Assembly (NCBI RefSeq): GCF_963921235.1 | Contig: NC_086107.1 | Coordinates: forward strand, 98,890,001 to 98,954,000 | Source of the DNA: Mobula hypostoma | Taxonomy: Eukaryota | Length of the DNA stretch: 64,000 nt | Direction of reading: 5' to 3' | In this document: piece by piece, positions 61,420 to 64,000 of the stretch | How positions within the stretch are numbered: position 1 is the stretch's first letter | Layout: each line of letters begins with the position of its first letter | The notes under the pieces: generated by a model | The model's input: only the letters and a program-made list of their open reading frames with translations | The model's database searches: none | What the model was told of the DNA's origin: nothing | Position numbers and translations under genes: made by a program

Positions 61420-61840
61420 TCCTCTGTCTGTCTGTCCAGGTACCGTATCCGATGTGGACTTTGGTGACCATGGTTTTCCATATAGATCTATCCTTCGTTT
61501 TTTTGGATGACTTCCTCGATGTGTAGCCACCTGGCTATGCTTTTGACGTACATAAGCCGAGGTCTTCTTCTAGGTTTGCTCCCCTCAATCTTTCCAGAGA
61601 GTATGAGTTTTTCTAGTTCATCTTTCCGCATGATGTGTCCTAGGAATCTGAGTTGTCTTTCTCTTATTGTTGGTATGAGTGATCGAACTGCTTGGGCTCT
61701 TCTGAGAACTTCTTAATTTTACGTGTGTGTGGTCCGTGATATTTTAACATTCTCCTGGAGACTCCTTCAGCTGCTTCTAGTCTATTTTCCATTGCTGAAG
61801 AAATGGTCCAGCATTCACTTCCATAAGTCAGGATAAATCT
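61420..61840 (-). mobile_element. RTE-clade LINE 3' fragment
   Basis: Minus strand reads RQLRFLGHIMRKDELEKLILSGKIEGSKPRRRPR; (CAGA)n-type tail; a 50-bp copy of the same tail is at 54813-54862. Confidence 0.7.
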
Positions 61841-61844
61841 CCTC

Positions 61845-62428
61845 TACATCGGTGAAACCCGACGCACATTGGGGTACCGCTTCGTCGAGCACCTCCGCTC
61901 CGTCTGCCACAACAGACAGGATCTCCCGGTTGCCACCCACTTCAACTCTGCTTCCCATTCCCATTCGGGTATGTCCATACTGCCATGATGAGGCTAAACT
62001 CAGGTTGGAGGAGCAACACCTCATATACTGTCTAGGTAGTCTCCAGCCCCTTGGTATAAACATAGAATTCTCCAACTTCCGGTAATTCCCTTCCCCTATC
62101 CCTATTTCACTCTGCCCCCTCCCCCAGCTGCCTATCACCTCCCTCATGGTTCCGCCTCCTTCTACTACCCGTTGTGTTTTCCCCTATTCCTTCTTCACCT
62201 TTCCTGCCTATCACCTCCCTGACTCCCCTCCCCCACCCCTTTATCTTTCCCCTTACTGGTTTTTCACCTGGAACCTACCAGCCTTCTCCTTCCCACCCTC
62301 CCCCACCTTCTTTATAGGGCCTCTGCCCCTTCCCTCTACAGTCCTGACAAAGGGTTCTGGCCCGAAACGTCGACTTCTTATCCCTTTCCATGGATGCTGC
62401 CTGGCCTGCTGAGTTCCTCCAGCATCTG
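61845..62428 (+). mobile_element. Penelope-like 3' fragment (same subfamily as 58530-59722), hammerhead core mutated
   Basis: DEAKLRLEEQHLIYCLGSLQPLGINIEFSNFR*; core CTGACAA at 62344-62350. Confidence 0.85.
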
Positions 62429-63135
62429 AAACAGAAATTGTTGCGAGTGCTCACAAACGCGAGAAAATCAGCGGATGCTGCAAATCCGAGGCAACGTACA
62501 CATAACGCTGGAGGAACTCAGCAGGTCTTTGAGAACTTCTGATGTCTTCTTCCAGTCCTGGTGAAGGGTCTCGGCCCAGCCTTGCCACTTCATTGTTTGC
62601 GGAGATTGTTTACCAGAAAGAAGTTTTATTAAAAAGGTATTTAGTTATGTTCTTTGTTTCATTGGGCTTCACCAGCGCCATCTTAAACCGGAATAGTTTA
62701 CAGTTTATCACCCACTCCAGTTTAACGCTATCAGATACTCGCCGTCCCCATCCCAACCCTCCCTACACCAGACAACCCTGCACTGAATGGGTTTGATTTA
62801 CAGTCGTCACCGGTACTGAAACACAGTGAACATCTTGTCTTGCGTACTGTACATACAGATCAGATCAGGGCACAGTGCGTGAAGGTAGAACAAGGTCAAA
62901 CAATAAGAGAAGGTGGGGAAAGCACAGAGCAAGCGGCCATAACGAGCGGACTCTGAAGTCAAGAGTCCGTCGTATTGTCCTGGGGGACCAAGCAAGAGTC
63001 TCATAACAACTGTCCTTGAATCTGGTGGGACCTGCTTTAACGTTCTTCTGCCCAATGGGAGAAAGGGAAAGAGAGAATATTCCAGGGTGGCTGATTATAT
63101 TGGCTTCCACACCGAGGTGGCAAGTGATGACTCCG

Positions 63136-64000
63136 TTGTGGGAGATGTGTAGAGTCCATGGTGGGAGATGTGTGGGGTCCATGGTGGGACATGTGTGGGG
63201 TCCATGGTGGTAGATGTGTAGAGTCCATGATGGGAGATGTGTAGAGTTCATGGTGGGAGAAGTGTGGGGTCCATGGTGGGAGATGTGTGGGGTCCATGGT
63301 GCGAGATGTGTGGGTCCATGATGGGAGATGTGTAGAGTCCATGGTGGGAGATGTGTGGGTCCATGGTGGGAGATGTGTGGGTCCATAGTGGGAGATGTGT
63401 AGGGTCCATAGTGGGAGATGTGTAGGGTCCATAGTGGGAGATTAATAGGGTCCATAGTGGGAGATTAGTAGGGTCCATAGTGGGAGATATGTAGGGTCCA
63501 TGGTGGGAGATGTGTGGGGTCCATGGTGGGAGATGTGTAGGGTCCATGGTGGGAGATGTGTGGGTCCATGATGGGAGATGTGTGGGTCCATGATGGGAGA
63601 TGTGTAGAGTCCATGGTGGGAGATGTGTGGGTCCATAGTGGGAGATGTGTGGGTCCATAGTGGGAGATGTATAGGGTCCATAGTGGGAGATTAGTAGGGT
63701 CCATAGTGGGAGATGTGTAGAGTCCATAGTGGGAGATGTGTAGAGTCCATAGTGGGAGATGTGTGGCTCCATGATGGGAGATGTGTGGGGTCCATGGTGG
63801 GAGATGTGTGGGGTCCATTGTGGGAGATGTGTAGGGTCCATGGTGGGAGATGTGTAGGGTCCATGGTGGGAGATGTGTGGGGTCCATGGTGGGAGATGTG
63901 TGGGGTCCATGGTGGGAGATGTGTGGGGTCCATGGTGGGAGATGCGTGGGGTCCATGGTGGGAGATGCGTGGGGTCCATGGTGGGAGATGTGTAGGGTCC
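63136..64000. repeat. 21/23-bp G-rich minisatellite running off the window end
   Basis: CCATGGTGGGAGATGTGTGGGGT and variants. Confidence 0.95.

Noticed and set aside
62660-62700. YY1-like AAGATGGCG / ATG on the minus strand as the start of another gene
   Set aside because: No recognisable protein or CpG island; similar motifs occur at repeat 5' ends (e.g. near 31930).
62865-63979. Long repetitive ORFs (MDPTHLPPWT...)
   Set aside because: Translation artefacts of the 21/23-bp minisatellite, appearing in all three minus-strand frames.

Overview
Vertebrate genomic DNA, most likely a cartilaginous fish (ray/shark; inferred from HE1-like SINEs and the CR1/Penelope repeat spectrum). Three spliced housekeeping genes lie in tandem on the minus strand: TOMM22 (4 coding exons, 128 aa, complete), ADSL (13 coding exons, 488 aa, complete) and PICK1 (first 9 coding exons; the 3' end lies left of the window). 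A minor-spliceosome U12 snRNA gene with PSE and DSE lies on the plus strand at 61136-61286. Introns and intergenic DNA are full of CR1, Rex/Babar, L1/Tx1, RTE and Penelope-like retroelements, SINEs, MITEs and minisatellites. The most interesting signals are: (1) a family of Penelope-derived minimal hammerhead ribozymes, including two ~300-bp TSD-flanked palindromic elements with a hammerhead on each strand, one with a 15-nt duplication that could make it monomer-competent; (2) a nested Penelope insertion creating a chimeric 625-aa RT/GIY-YIG ORF; (3) a 4.3-kb minisatellite built from the ADSL exon 11 splice donor; (4) an inverted CR1 pair bracketing an in-frame 576-nt block of ADSL exons. Exon coordinates were read by hand from splice sites; repeat boundaries are approximate and family names come from motif recognition, not database searches.
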